57,267 nt of DNA from a virus (taxonomy: Duplodnaviria; Caudoviricetes). Where the stretch lies: the IMG/VR virus record IMGVR_UViG_3300043398_000440, positions 1 through 57,267 of that record; one strand, 5' to 3'. The translations under genes and the position numbers were made by a program. Each line of letters opens with the position of its first letter. Within the stretch, counting starts at the first letter, position 1. This document shows, one piece after another, positions 15,343 to 24,801 of the stretch. The notes beneath the pieces are model-generated. The model was not told the DNA's origin. It made no database searches and saw nothing but the letters and a program-made list of their open reading frames with translations.

Positions 15343-17218
15343 TACGCCAGAGAAAGCCGCTGCTGCACTACAGCAGCTAAACACGGTCGGCGGCGCGTTC
15401 GTACTGGACACCGAAACTAGCGGCCTGGTCCCATACCGCAAAGTAAATCCATCGCGACTGTGCGGCATTTCCATTGGATCAGCTGAGCATGGCGACTGTG
15501 ACCAGTATTGGGCGTTTCGCCACGTTGAAGGCAGCAACCTTGGCCTAGAGTGGATCCAGCCACTGCGTGAGGTGCTGCGCGGCCGTACCGTGCTGTTTCA
15601 TAACGCGGCGTTCGACTTGCACATGCTGATGGCGGATGGGTTCGAGATGCCGCCGAAGATCCTCGACTCAATTATCACCAGCCACACAGCTGACGAGAAC
15701 GAAGCCAACTACAAGCTGAAAGAACTTGCAGTAAAATACTTCGGTGCCAACGCGGCCAAGGAAGAAGCCGAGCTAAAAGCGGAGCTAAAGCGTCGCAAGG
15801 CAGGCAAGGAAGCAATCCACTTGCTGCCTGCGGAGCTGGTTGCGCCTTACGCACTCGACGACATCAAACTCACACGTAAGCTGCAGGACAATCGCATGCG
15901 GGAATGCATCCGTTGGGGTCTCGGCGACATTGTGCACGAGCGCTACGAGTTTGCACGCGAGCTGATCAAGATGGAGCGGCGTGGGCTGCTGCTGGACGTG
16001 GCCGAGGTGCATCGCCAGCTGGCCGCGCTCGGGCCAAAGATTGCCGAGTACCGCGAGCGCCTGTGGCAGCTGCAACGCGAGGCAGGGTTTGAAAAGCCGG
16101 TGAACCTGAACTCTCCTGCGCAGCTGCGTGCGTGGCTGAAACTGCCTAAGACAAGCAAGGACTACCTGCAGGAAATTCTGCAGTCCGGCTACCGCGAGGA
16201 TTTGCAAACCCTGCTGGATTATCGCGCGCTGTTCAAGGCAGAGTCTACGTACTTTCGGCCCTTCCTAGAGTTGGCTGACGAGCACGATCGACTGCACACC
16301 AGTTTCAAGGTTCATGGAACTTGCACCTGGCGGCTTTCGTCGAGTAACCCCAACTTGCAGAACAGCTCGCGCGACCAGAAAGATCGACTGTACAGCGTCA
16401 GAAAATGTTTCACGGCGGCTGAAGGCTGCTTTCTGGTTGAACTAGATTACGCCACAATAGAACCCCGCTTGGCTGCACACCACTCGGGTGATCCCGTCAT
16501 GATCGAGCAGTTCGTGCAAAAGCGAGACTTCCACACCGCAGTGGCTAGATCATTATTCAAAAAGGAGGACATCGACAAAGACGAGCGCACCATAGGCAAA
16601 ACGTTCGGGCTGTCGGTCATCTACGGTCTAGGCGCATTCCGCGCGGCAAAAAAACACGGGTTTCGTCACGCAAAGAATGCTGACGGCACTTGGTGCGCAT
16701 GTCATGAATCCGTGTGGGCGATGACCGCTGAAGGCATTTCCCAGGTGGCTTGCGACTCGGTTAGCACTGAATTTTGCACCTTCGCGGGTTTCAGGTATCG
16801 GCGTAACTTTTTCGACGGGTTTGCACGGTTAGACCCGTGGATGCAAGCGGTTAGATACCGCGCTAAACTGAACAAATACGTGAGATTACCACTGTTCGGT
16901 TCCGTGCAGCGATTCACTGGGCGACGTAAAGACACCCATAAATCCCCAAACGCCGTAATTCAGTCGTCGGCTGCGTTCATGCTAATGCGGGCGTTGACGA
17001 AGATTAGTAAGCTGTTTGGCGACGATTTAGACGCGCCTCGCTTGATCTGTACCGTGCATGATAGTATAGTCGCCGAAGTAAAGTTTGGCCCTAACGCGCT
17101 GGAGCAGATTCGCGTGATGAAGCAGATAATGGAAACCACCACCAAACTGCTGGTGCCGGTGATTGCCGAGGCAAAGATCGGGTTGAACCTTGGCAATATG
17201 GGCGATATCCACGTATGA
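15332..17218 (+). CDS. Family A DNA polymerase with 3'-5' exonuclease
   Basis: ExoI DTETSG, ExoII HNAAFD, ExoIII YALDD; RLSSSNPNLQN, motif A DYATIEPR, motif B KTFGLSVIYG, motif C VHDS. Confidence 0.95.
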   Translation: MLVDTPEKAAAALQQLNTVGGAFVLDTETSGLVPYRKVNPSRLCGISIGSAEHGDCDQYWAFRHVEGSNLGLEWIQPLREVLRGRTVLFHNAAFDLHMLMADGFEMPPKILDSIITSHTADENEANYKLKELAVKYFGANAAKEEAELKAELKRRKAGKEAIHLLPAELVAPYALDDIKLTRKLQDNRMRECIRWGLGDIVHERYEFARELIKMERRGLLLDVAEVHRQLAALGPKIAEYRERLWQLQREAGFEKPVNLNSPAQLRAWLKLPKTSKDYLQEILQSGYREDLQTLLDYRALFKAESTYFRPFLELADEHDRLHTSFKVHGTCTWRLSSSNPNLQNSSRDQKDRLYSVRKCFTAAEGCFLVELDYATIEPRLAAHHSGDPVMIEQFVQKRDFHTAVARSLFKKEDIDKDERTIGKTFGLSVIYGLGAFRAAKKHGFRHAKNADGTWCACHESVWAMTAEGISQVACDSVSTEFCTFAGFRYRRNFFDGFARLDPWMQAVRYRAKLNKYVRLPLFGSVQRFTGRRKDTHKSPNAVIQSSAAFMLMRALTKISKLFGDDLDAPRLICTVHDSIVAEVKFGPNALEQIRVMKQIMETTTKLLVPVIAEAKIGLNLGNMGDIHV

Positions 17219-17793
17219 TGAAAATTCCCGACAGTGTGCAAGTGTTCGTGATCAGCGACACGCACTGGAATCATTTGAATATAATTCAGTACAGCAGCCG
17301 TCCGTTCAAGTCGGTAGAAGAGATGAACGAGGCGATGATCCGAAACTGGCAGTCCGCCGTTCGCGATGACGATCTAGTGTTCCACTTAGGTGATTGGTTT
17401 ATGGGCGCCAAGCACCTAGCTGCTCCGATCATGAAGCGGCTAACTGGCCGCAAGATCTTGGTTCGTGGCAACCACGATAAAATGTTCAAAGGCTATCCAG
17501 AATTGGATTCGCAGCTGGAGTCAGCGCACGACTATCTAGAGGTTGCGCATCGCGGCGACTGTGCAGTGTTGTCACATTTCCCGATCGAGGTCTGGAACCA
17601 GGCCCACAAAGGATTTTGGCATCTTCACGGACACAGCCACGGCACTTCGCGTCCGGTTGGTCGACGCCTTGACGTTGGTGTAGACGCGTTTTGCAATGCC
17701 TACATGCCGCGACGCTGGCAAGACGTGGCCAAGCACATGGAGTCCCAAATCTATATGGCAGGTGATCACCACAATGAGACGCACGAATCATGA
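17215..17793 (+). CDS. Calcineurin-like phosphoesterase
   Basis: ISDTHWNH, HLGD, RGNHD, LSHFP, HLHGHSH, DVGVD. Confidence 0.9.
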   Translation: MMKIPDSVQVFVISDTHWNHLNIIQYSSRPFKSVEEMNEAMIRNWQSAVRDDDLVFHLGDWFMGAKHLAAPIMKRLTGRKILVRGNHDKMFKGYPELDSQLESAHDYLEVAHRGDCAVLSHFPIEVWNQAHKGFWHLHGHSHGTSRPVGRRLDVGVDAFCNAYMPRRWQDVAKHMESQIYMAGDHHNETHES

Positions 17794-18245
17794 CCGCAAC
17801 CGTTCACATCATGCGCGGCATCCCCGGCAGCGGAAAGTCTACTAAGGCGTTTTGGATCGCTGAGGGTAATCAAAGTCGAGTGTGTAGTGCCGACGACTAC
17901 TTTATTAAGGACGGCAAGTATGCGTTCGTCGCGCACGAAATTGGTAAGGCGCACCAGTCGTGCCTGAAGAAGTTTGTTGACCTGCTGCACTTGTATCGAA
18001 GTCAAGCAATACCCAAGATCGACGTAGTTGTGGACAACACAAACCTGCGGCTATGGGAATTCGACATTTACGTGAAGATTGCTGAATTAGCTGGTTGGAA
18101 GGTCGAGTATCATGAGTTCGTGCCCCCGCGCGATGCAACACTTGGCGAGTACGTGCGGGAATGCGCAGCCAGGAATACGCACGGCGTATCCGCCAATCAA
18201 TGTTTACGCATGGCTTCGATCTTCGAGGTGCGCCATGGCAGTTGA
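17790..18245 (+). CDS. Polynucleotide kinase-like P-loop protein (AAA_33)
   Basis: MRGIPGSGKST, SADDYF, VVDNTN, RNTHGV. Confidence 0.85.
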   Translation: MTATVHIMRGIPGSGKSTKAFWIAEGNQSRVCSADDYFIKDGKYAFVAHEIGKAHQSCLKKFVDLLHLYRSQAIPKIDVVVDNTNLRLWEFDIYVKIAELAGWKVEYHEFVPPRDATLGEYVRECAARNTHGVSANQCLRMASIFEVRHGS

Positions 18246-18378
18246 CTCGCGCGACTGGGTAGATTTTTGTTCGCTGTTTAGCTGCGACTGTGCGCACCCG
18301 CCACCAGATCCGTTTTGGGACGTAGTCATTGGCCTCGGGTGTTTGCTGCTGGCGTATGCCGTTTGGGCGCTGCAATGA
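18235..18378 (+). CDS. Small membrane protein
   Basis: C-terminal hydrophobic helix; overlapping start and stop coupling. Confidence 0.45.
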   Translation: MAVDSRDWVDFCSLFSCDCAHPPPDPFWDVVIGLGCLLLAYAVWALQ

Positions 18379-18929
18379 TCGTACTTTTGGACTGTGATGG
18401 TGTGGCCGCAGACTTCGTTGGTGAGGTCGTGCGTATCGTAAAGTACGCAACCGGCCAGGACTACGCGATCACCAAGTGGCTGAAGTTGACTGACATTCCG
18501 TGCAGTAGTCAGCAGCGCGCGGAAATAGCCTACCAAATCGGCATCATGGGGCGCGATTTGCAGGTCTTGCCGGGTGCACAGGATGGTGTTAAGGCCCTGC
18601 GCGAAGCCGGCCACGATGTGCACTGGGTCACCTCGCGCTGGGACAGCCAGCGGTGGGTCACCGATCGTTGCTGGTGGCTGAAAGAGCACGGCTTGGTGCG
18701 CGACCCGCAGCGCGAGATCACCTTCACAGCAGCTAAGTGGCGCGTGCATGGGGATATCTTCGTAGACGACAAGCCTTCGAACGTAGCGGAGTGGCAATCG
18801 ACTTGGCCAAGGGGCTACGGGCTGTTGTTTGCGCAGCCCTGGAATCAAGATGTTCGTGTGGTGCGCAAGGTGGCGAACTGGCCGGACTTAGTCAAGTTCG
18901 TGGAATGGAGAGCTAATCGTGGCCTCTGA
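18375..18929 (+). CDS. HAD-family 5'(3')-deoxyribonucleotidase
   Basis: LLDCDGVAADF, VTSR, DIFVDDKPSN, QPWN. Confidence 0.85.
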   Translation: MIVLLDCDGVAADFVGEVVRIVKYATGQDYAITKWLKLTDIPCSSQQRAEIAYQIGIMGRDLQVLPGAQDGVKALREAGHDVHWVTSRWDSQRWVTDRCWWLKEHGLVRDPQREITFTAAKWRVHGDIFVDDKPSNVAEWQSTWPRGYGLLFAQPWNQDVRVVRKVANWPDLVKFVEWRANRGL

Positions 18930-19233
18930 ACCACTGTCAGGATTTATGAAAAACGATGCCGGCAAACCGCGCTTTGACTTGATCCCTCCGGAAGTCGAGT
19001 TGGAGCTAGCTAAAGTGTATGAGTACGGTGGGCGCAAATATACTGAAAATAATTACCGGCAAGGTACTGAGTACTTACGGTATTTGGCTGCGGCTAGGCG
19101 GCATATGAATGCGTGGCACTTGAAAGAAGACGCGGACCGGGAATCGGGAATAAACCACTTAGCGCACGCCATCGCGAGCTTAAGCATGCTGCTGTGTATT
19201 CAATTGACCGGCGTAGGTAAGGATAATAGATGA
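18919..19233 (+). CDS. dATP/dGTP diphosphohydrolase domain protein (DUF5664-like)
   Basis: KNDAGKPRFDLIP, YGGRKYTENNY, AAARRH, ESGINHLAHA. Confidence 0.85.
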   Translation: MASEPLSGFMKNDAGKPRFDLIPPEVELELAKVYEYGGRKYTENNYRQGTEYLRYLAAARRHMNAWHLKEDADRESGINHLAHAIASLSMLLCIQLTGVGKDNR

Positions 19234-19635
19234 CTACTGAAGCACCAGCGCAGCTTGACCTATCGCCAGCCCCGCCAGCACAGTCAGCAACACGCCAGAC
19301 ACGACCCCAATACCCAGCCACAGCGAGGGATGTTCATACCATCGAGTACGCATACCTGAAGCTGCGGCTGTCATCGATTGTAGCGCAGCTTGTGCTAGGT
19401 CACGTTGTTCCAGCACCAGCTGTTGCCCAGCCTGAAGTAGTTTGATTTGCTGGTCTTTGAGCCCGAGGCGGCGACCTAGGCTGACGACTTCGTCTTGCGC
19501 GTTCAGCAGGGACAACCGCAAGCACGAGACATCGGCTGCATCGCACGGTTCAGCTGCTGCGGTGGGGCGAGGGTAGCTAGCGCACCAAACCGTGAGCACG
19601 AAGGCGAGCGATAATATCTTCCTGATCCAAGTCAT
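19234..19635 (-). CDS. Putative spanin-like membrane protein
   Basis: N-terminal signal/TM, coiled coil, C-terminal TM; downstream of the endolysin. Confidence 0.5.
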   Translation of the reverse strand: MTWIRKILSLAFVLTVWCASYPRPTAAAEPCDAADVSCLRLSLLNAQDEVVSLGRRLGLKDQQIKLLQAGQQLVLEQRDLAQAALQSMTAAASGMRTRWYEHPSLWLGIGVVSGVLLTVLAGLAIGQAALVLQ

Positions 19636-19900
19636 GGTTGGCCTTTTGCTTTTGGGAAAGGGCGATTTCTTCGCGCAATATATCCTCGGCCACCTCGACT
19701 TGGTGTGCCTTGGTTGCGTCCAGTTTGACCTGGAGTGCGGCCGACCTGGCATTGGTCAGCTCCAGCTCGCGCTTGGCGGCTGCGAAGTCCAACTCGCCTG
19801 AGCGGGTTCGCCGGCCGAAAAAATACACGCTCACGAGCAGCACGAGCGAACCCACCACAGTGGCTAGACTCTTCCATCGGGCTTTGATCCAGTCCATCAT
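19577..19900 (-). CDS. Putative i-spanin/Rz-like protein
   Basis: N-terminal TM plus coiled coil, directly after the endolysin. Confidence 0.5.
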   Translation of the reverse strand: MMDWIKARWKSLATVVGSLVLLVSVYFFGRRTRSGELDFAAAKRELELTNARSAALQVKLDATKAHQVEVAEDILREEIALSQKQKANHDLDQEDIIARLRAHGLVR

Positions 19901-20277
19901 GGTCGAAACACTCGATTCTTCGCGGGCCGCGACTGTAGGTGCACCCAGGTGGGGGTTGCAGAGGTGTCTTCCATCCAAAGACCGTGCTGTTCTAGCAAGT
20001 AAAGATTCTTCATGCACCACTGGCCTAGCTTGCCGTCCGGATCGTGCAGGTCAACCGCCCGTCCTTCGATATGCGCAGACTTGGCGGCGCCATTGGCGGC
20101 CCGGTTGGCTGCCGGAGTACGGTAGCCACTAGTGATGTAGGGCCGGTCACCGTAGACGAGCAGCAGCTCGGTCACTCGGCTGGCGAGCACCTCGGCTGCA
20201 TCGCGAACGGTGTCAGAGGCTTTTGCGGCTCGCGTTCGGTAGCGGCCATCGCTGGTTAAAATGTCGTCGGCTGTCAT
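19897..20277 (-). CDS. Endolysin, peptidase M15 family
   Basis: ITSGYRT, SAHIEGRAVD, WVHL. Confidence 0.9.
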   Translation of the reverse strand: MTADDILTSDGRYRTRAAKASDTVRDAAEVLASRVTELLLVYGDRPYITSGYRTPAANRAANGAAKSAHIEGRAVDLHDPDGKLGQWCMKNLYLLEQHGLWMEDTSATPTWVHLQSRPAKNRVFRP

Positions 20278-20693
20278 GCATCGGGAGGCCTACGTCGCGG
20301 TTTGGTGGTGGGTTGGAGGCGTTCTCGAATCACCGACCAAAAATCGAGTCCGGTGATTTCGCCTAGGCGCTCAAATAGCGACTTCGCCTCACTGATTGCG
20401 ATAAACCCGGCGATGGCTTTCATGATTGGCAAGCCCGAGAAGAAATTGTTCTCGATGTACAGCGCGCAGATGATGGCAACTTGGTACGGGAAGATTTTGC
20501 GGGTCACCGTGTGCCGCAGTTTCCAGCTGACGATCGCCTCGCCACGCTTTTTGGCCGCCCACACACCTACAAACAGATCGACCACGACCAGCACAGCCAC
20601 CGCAATCATGGCCTCGCGCGCCGGAGCGATGAACGTCAGCACCCAGAACGCGAATGTGGACAGCCATTTAGCTAAGGTCGACAGAAATTCCAT
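20274..20693 (-). CDS. Holin
   Basis: Multiple TM helices, VDLFVGVWAAKKRGE, EAKSLFE; adjacent to the endolysin. Confidence 0.8.
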   Translation of the reverse strand: MEFLSTLAKWLSTFAFWVLTFIAPAREAMIAVAVLVVVDLFVGVWAAKKRGEAIVSWKLRHTVTRKIFPYQVAIICALYIENNFFSGLPIMKAIAGFIAISEAKSLFERLGEITGLDFWSVIRERLQPTTKPRRRPPDA

Positions 20694-20701
20694 GCGGCCT
20701 C

Positions 20702-22660
20702 CTAGTACCCTAAAGACGTTAAGCGCTCGTTGAATTGCAGCAGCTCATCGCCGTAGTCTTGCGGGGCTTTCGCGTAGTGATAGCCTTGCAACGCTCCAGT
20801 TTTGTTCAACACGCTGATATGGTAACTGGCCACGCTTGGCGGCAGTCCCTGCGTTTTGGTAATCTGGGTCGCCGCAATGCGATCCTGCGGTGTGCTAATC
20901 TTGCCGTTGAATTCCGAGCTGAATTGACTGGGCGTCAGCATTGGGTCGATCATCGGCAACAGCATGCGAATCTCACGCTCGGCCGCCGTGTCAGGCAGTG
21001 ACATAATCTTTTTGACGGACTCAGCGTACGCGGGCGGAATCAGCCCGGGGTTTAGCTGCTGAATCCAGCTGCGAATGCCTGACAGCGTGCGCGAAATCGC
21101 TCCCTGCGCCACCGCAGCAGCTGATGCTTGCGCGTTTTGTTGGAGTCCTTCGGCCGACAACTTCAGCGTCTCGCCGATTTTGGCACGGGCCAGCCGACCA
21201 GGCGTGCTGCGCACGGTTGCACCGACTGCCATTGAGCCGATTCCAGCCACGCCGCCGATTATGGGTAGCCCGAGCATCGAGCCCACACCTGCGCCGATAG
21301 CCGAGCCACGCACGTAGTCAGCCATTTTGTAGGTGGCCGGGCCGCCGCTGAACAGGTCTTTATCGACCACTTGGTCCAGGTAATCGCGCAGCGTGATCAT
21401 GGTCGAGTAACGCTCGTTCAGCACGTCCAGGCCCTTCAGCGCAGGATTTTGCCGTGCCACGTCCGCAACCGAGTCAACCACGACCTCGTTCAAGTCCTGG
21501 TTGAACATCTTTTTCATTTGGTTCTGCAGCGGCGAGTCCTTGGTCCAGTTGGCCCAGCCGCCGGAGTATTTCTTGAGTTCCCACAGCTTGGTAATGTCGC
21601 CGCCGGTGTCCAGCAACTCTTGCTCAAGTTTTTGCAGCAGCCCCATCGCTTCGGTGCGCTGCATTGGATCGGCCTGGTCGATCAGCATGCGGAACTTTGG
21701 CTCAAGCCGCATCCACAAGTCTTCCACCGGCAACGGTTCCGTTGGCGCGGCTGCCATCAGTTTGTACATCTCACCGACGTCCTCATCCATGTTGGACTCG
21801 ACACGGGTCAGGATTTCTTTCGGCGTCGGCAGTGCACCGCCCGCGTTCTTGTTGAAAATGCCCCGCTTGGTCGCTTTCTCAACCACCGGCACCAGCTCCT
21901 CAAGGCCGCCGGCGTTCTTAATGTTTTTGAGCGTCGCCCCCGCAGCAGCTAAACGATTGATAGTCGGGTCAAAGAATCGGTTTATGTTGCTGCGCGCTAA
22001 CTGATTAGCCGTGCGAACACCTGAATCGGCTACGCGCGCACCGGCCCCAATCACGCCACCAATCGCCGCACCTTCAAGCGCGTTTTTGGTTAGCCCGCCG
22101 ACATCACCCTTAGTCAGGTCTGCCTCAGAGTTACCGGCACCTGCCAACGCTCCCAGCTTGGCACCAAGGCCAAGTTCCTGCGCAAAACTTGCGCCTTTGG
22201 CGAGCCCCATGCCAGGAATCAGCGACGAGGCCAGACTGCCGCCGACGTTGCCCACCATGCTGGTGACTGGGTTTGCTTGCTGTGCAATGCGGTCGTTTTC
22301 GCGGTACTCGTCGCGCGCTTGTTCGTAGGTCTGATCGCCAAACGTCGACTTCAACCCGCCCATAATTTCGTCGAGGAACCCAAACGTGGCCCCTTGACCG
22401 ACACCGCGTGCCAGGCTTTCGAGCTTGCCGGTGGTGGCAACGCGGTGTGCGCGCGAACCTGCGAGCACAGCTCCATCAGCCAGCGCGCTAGACAAAACGT
22501 CTGGAGCTACGCTGTAGGTTGCTTTGGTTTTCGGGTCGTACACATCGGCTGCTGCGAGTGGCACGCCGCCGTCTGCCAGCGCTTGTGGCAGCACCTCCGG
22601 CGAGACGTCGTAAACGTTGCCGGTCTTGGTATCGCGTACTGAGACGGAGATTGCTGGCAT
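20702..22660 (-). CDS. Internal virion/ejection protein
   Basis: ARGVGQGATFGFLDEI motif, Gly/Ala-rich hydrophobic helices; position in module. Confidence 0.65.
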   Translation of the reverse strand: MPAISVSVRDTKTGNVYDVSPEVLPQALADGGVPLAAADVYDPKTKATYSVAPDVLSSALADGAVLAGSRAHRVATTGKLESLARGVGQGATFGFLDEIMGGLKSTFGDQTYEQARDEYRENDRIAQQANPVTSMVGNVGGSLASSLIPGMGLAKGASFAQELGLGAKLGALAGAGNSEADLTKGDVGGLTKNALEGAAIGGVIGAGARVADSGVRTANQLARSNINRFFDPTINRLAAAGATLKNIKNAGGLEELVPVVEKATKRGIFNKNAGGALPTPKEILTRVESNMDEDVGEMYKLMAAAPTEPLPVEDLWMRLEPKFRMLIDQADPMQRTEAMGLLQKLEQELLDTGGDITKLWELKKYSGGWANWTKDSPLQNQMKKMFNQDLNEVVVDSVADVARQNPALKGLDVLNERYSTMITLRDYLDQVVDKDLFSGGPATYKMADYVRGSAIGAGVGSMLGLPIIGGVAGIGSMAVGATVRSTPGRLARAKIGETLKLSAEGLQQNAQASAAAVAQGAISRTLSGIRSWIQQLNPGLIPPAYAESVKKIMSLPDTAAEREIRMLLPMIDPMLTPSQFSSEFNGKISTPQDRIAATQITKTQGLPPSVASYHISVLNKTGALQGYHYAKAPQDYGDELLQFNERLTSLGY

Positions 22661-22663
22661 GAG

Positions 22664-24124
22664 TTAGTGCGCTCGTGTGGTTGGATGAGTTCGCCAATCG
22701 GGCTGCTCGCCTACTGATGCGCCTGCCGGCGCGTTCAGCGAGGCGGGTGTCGGTAATCCAAGCTCGGATCGAGCATTTCCTTTTTCGCGGATCATCTGCA
22801 GAATGTTGTCTAGCCCGGCGATTGAGGTTTCATTGCCCTCAAGCATGCCCATTGGGAAGCCTAGCTTCATAGCTGTTTCGACTTCACCCTCTCTGGCCGC
22901 GCTGCCAGGATCGACAATCTTGGCGTAGGCTATGGCCAGGTCCAGAGCGCGACCCTTGAGGATAGCGCGCACTTTTGGGTCACCGACGTAGTTGATCTCC
23001 ACATTGCCTGCCTGGTTGATCGCTTTTTTCAGCTCTTCAACGTCCCGCGCCGCTGAATGGGCATTCACGTAAAACGCTTTGTCCGCGTCCTCGATTTTGA
23101 TACCCTTCAGGCCTGCACTGAGTTCAGCTTTTTTGAATTCTTGTGCATTTTGCTCGCGCACACGGTCCATCGCGCCTTTTTGCTCAATCATCAGACGGCG
23201 CAGCTGGGCTGCTTCTGCAGCTTTGGCCTGTTGAGCCGAAAATGCTTGCTGACTGCTTTGCTGCGACTTCGCAAACGCTTGGTCGCCAAGATGTTCGGTA
23301 TGCGCCAGCTGTTGTCCGGCCACTTGGTCGATGCGGTGTTGCGCCTCGGCCGCCTCGCCTTTCGCGTCTGCGATTCGCCCCTTGCGCGCGTCGGCTAGAA
23401 TGCCGATGCCCTTGCCGCTGCCTTCGAGTCCGCCGGCCACGCCCTGGGCTGCCCCTAGGCCTCCGTTGATCGCGGCGCCGCCAATGCCGCCGATGACCGC
23501 AGGAAGTGCCGCCAGCAGTGCTGTAACCACTTGCTCCTCGGTCGACATTTCTTTTGCCGACTCGGCGCGAGACTTGGCCGCGTCCCGCTCTTCGGTTGCT
23601 GCGCGCTCGCGACCAAGCAACAGTTTCGTCAACTGGTCCATGTCGTTAGCTTCGGACTCTGGTTTAGCTGCTGTGGGTGTGGCTGCAGCGCCACTAGCTT
23701 TGTTGCCCAGTCCGGTCGCGGTGTATTTGCCCGATTGTTTTGGGTCAGCCACCCCCGCTTCGACAAGCTGCTTTGACAGCGGTATCGCCAGGCTCATCAC
23801 CTGCTCTTCAGGTGTTGGCATGCTCATTACCGATTCTGGGGGCAGACTGTCAGGCTCAGCAGCCCGAAGACCGCCAGACCAAGGTCGCAGCGGTTCGGCT
23901 GCCAGGGCTTCCGGCGGTTCGGGGGCGCTGGCCAGGATGTGCTGCGTCAACCAGTCCATGGACGCTGGGTGTGTTTTGCGGTACTCAGCTTGCGGATTGT
24001 CGCCAGTCATGATGGCAGCGCGCACGTTTTCAAGCAGCCTGTCATCCTGCGCAGGAGTTCCAAACACGCTTTTGGGCGCGTTCGGATTGCGGATCTTCGT
24101 CATCAGTTCTTCAAAGAGACTCAT
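22664..24124 (-). CDS. Putative ejection protein
   Basis: Gly-rich TM-like segment, coiled coils, KIVDPGSAAREGE motif. Confidence 0.6.
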   Translation of the reverse strand: MSLFEELMTKIRNPNAPKSVFGTPAQDDRLLENVRAAIMTGDNPQAEYRKTHPASMDWLTQHILASAPEPPEALAAEPLRPWSGGLRAAEPDSLPPESVMSMPTPEEQVMSLAIPLSKQLVEAGVADPKQSGKYTATGLGNKASGAAATPTAAKPESEANDMDQLTKLLLGRERAATEERDAAKSRAESAKEMSTEEQVVTALLAALPAVIGGIGGAAINGGLGAAQGVAGGLEGSGKGIGILADARKGRIADAKGEAAEAQHRIDQVAGQQLAHTEHLGDQAFAKSQQSSQQAFSAQQAKAAEAAQLRRLMIEQKGAMDRVREQNAQEFKKAELSAGLKGIKIEDADKAFYVNAHSAARDVEELKKAINQAGNVEINYVGDPKVRAILKGRALDLAIAYAKIVDPGSAAREGEVETAMKLGFPMGMLEGNETSIAGLDNILQMIREKGNARSELGLPTPASLNAPAGASVGEQPDWRTHPTTRAH

Positions 24125-24159
24125 GTTCGTTTTAGACCTTACAGAGATAGGCGAATTGG

Positions 24160-24801
24160 CTAGCGTTCGGGATCTAGGTGCCGCGCCGCGCCGGCCGGAT
24201 TGTAGCCGACCGGCTTGAATAGATTTTGCAGCATCAGTAGCTGCGACTCGCCCAGTCTGCCTTCGTCGGTCGTGGCGGTCGTCGGCACCCGCACCCCGCC
24301 CCCAAGTCGTTGCGCGGCCACGGGTTTCGGCGCAGTGGGCTGCGTCGGCGGCTGCTGCGGCACCATTGCGCGCAGGACCGCCAAGGCCTTGGCTTGCCGA
24401 TCCAGCGGCCCATACGGATTTTGCTCCGTTGGCGCGTTCACCTCGGGCACCGCACCCACAGCAGCTGATCCACTCGGCTGCATCAGCCGCTCTCGCCTAG
24501 CAATCTCAGCCTGCAGTATAGGCCCGCGAATTTCGTCATCGCTAGGCAGTCCCTGGCCGTCAAACATGTGTTTGCTAACCCAATCCTGCGCAAACTGACC
24601 GCCGAGCATCATAAACTGCTGTTTGGAAAGTTTGCCCGCTTTGACTTGCTCCTCCAGCGGACCGAGGTATACTTTTAGGTCTTTGACCAGCGGCGATTCG
24701 TCGGATATCAGGGTGCCTTCGAGCTGTTGTAGCGCATCTAGGGCGCGGTTGTAGTCGCGCGGCGGCTTGGCTACGGGCGGTTTGGAGGAGGGCTTAGACA
24801 T
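24160..24801 (-). CDS. Hypothetical virion-module protein
   Basis: In operon. Confidence 0.6.
   Translation of the reverse strand: MSKPSSKPPVAKPPRDYNRALDALQQLEGTLISDESPLVKDLKVYLGPLEEQVKAGKLSKQQFMMLGGQFAQDWVSKHMFDGQGLPSDDEIRGPILQAEIARRERLMQPSGSAAVGAVPEVNAPTEQNPYGPLDRQAKALAVLRAMVPQQPPTQPTAPKPVAAQRLGGGVRVPTTATTDEGRLGESQLLMLQNLFKPVGYNPAGAARHLDPER

Noticed and set aside
18919-19233. Z-genome (2-aminoadenine) pathway
   Set aside because: No PurZ-like ORF was recognised; this domain also occurs in phages with canonical DNA
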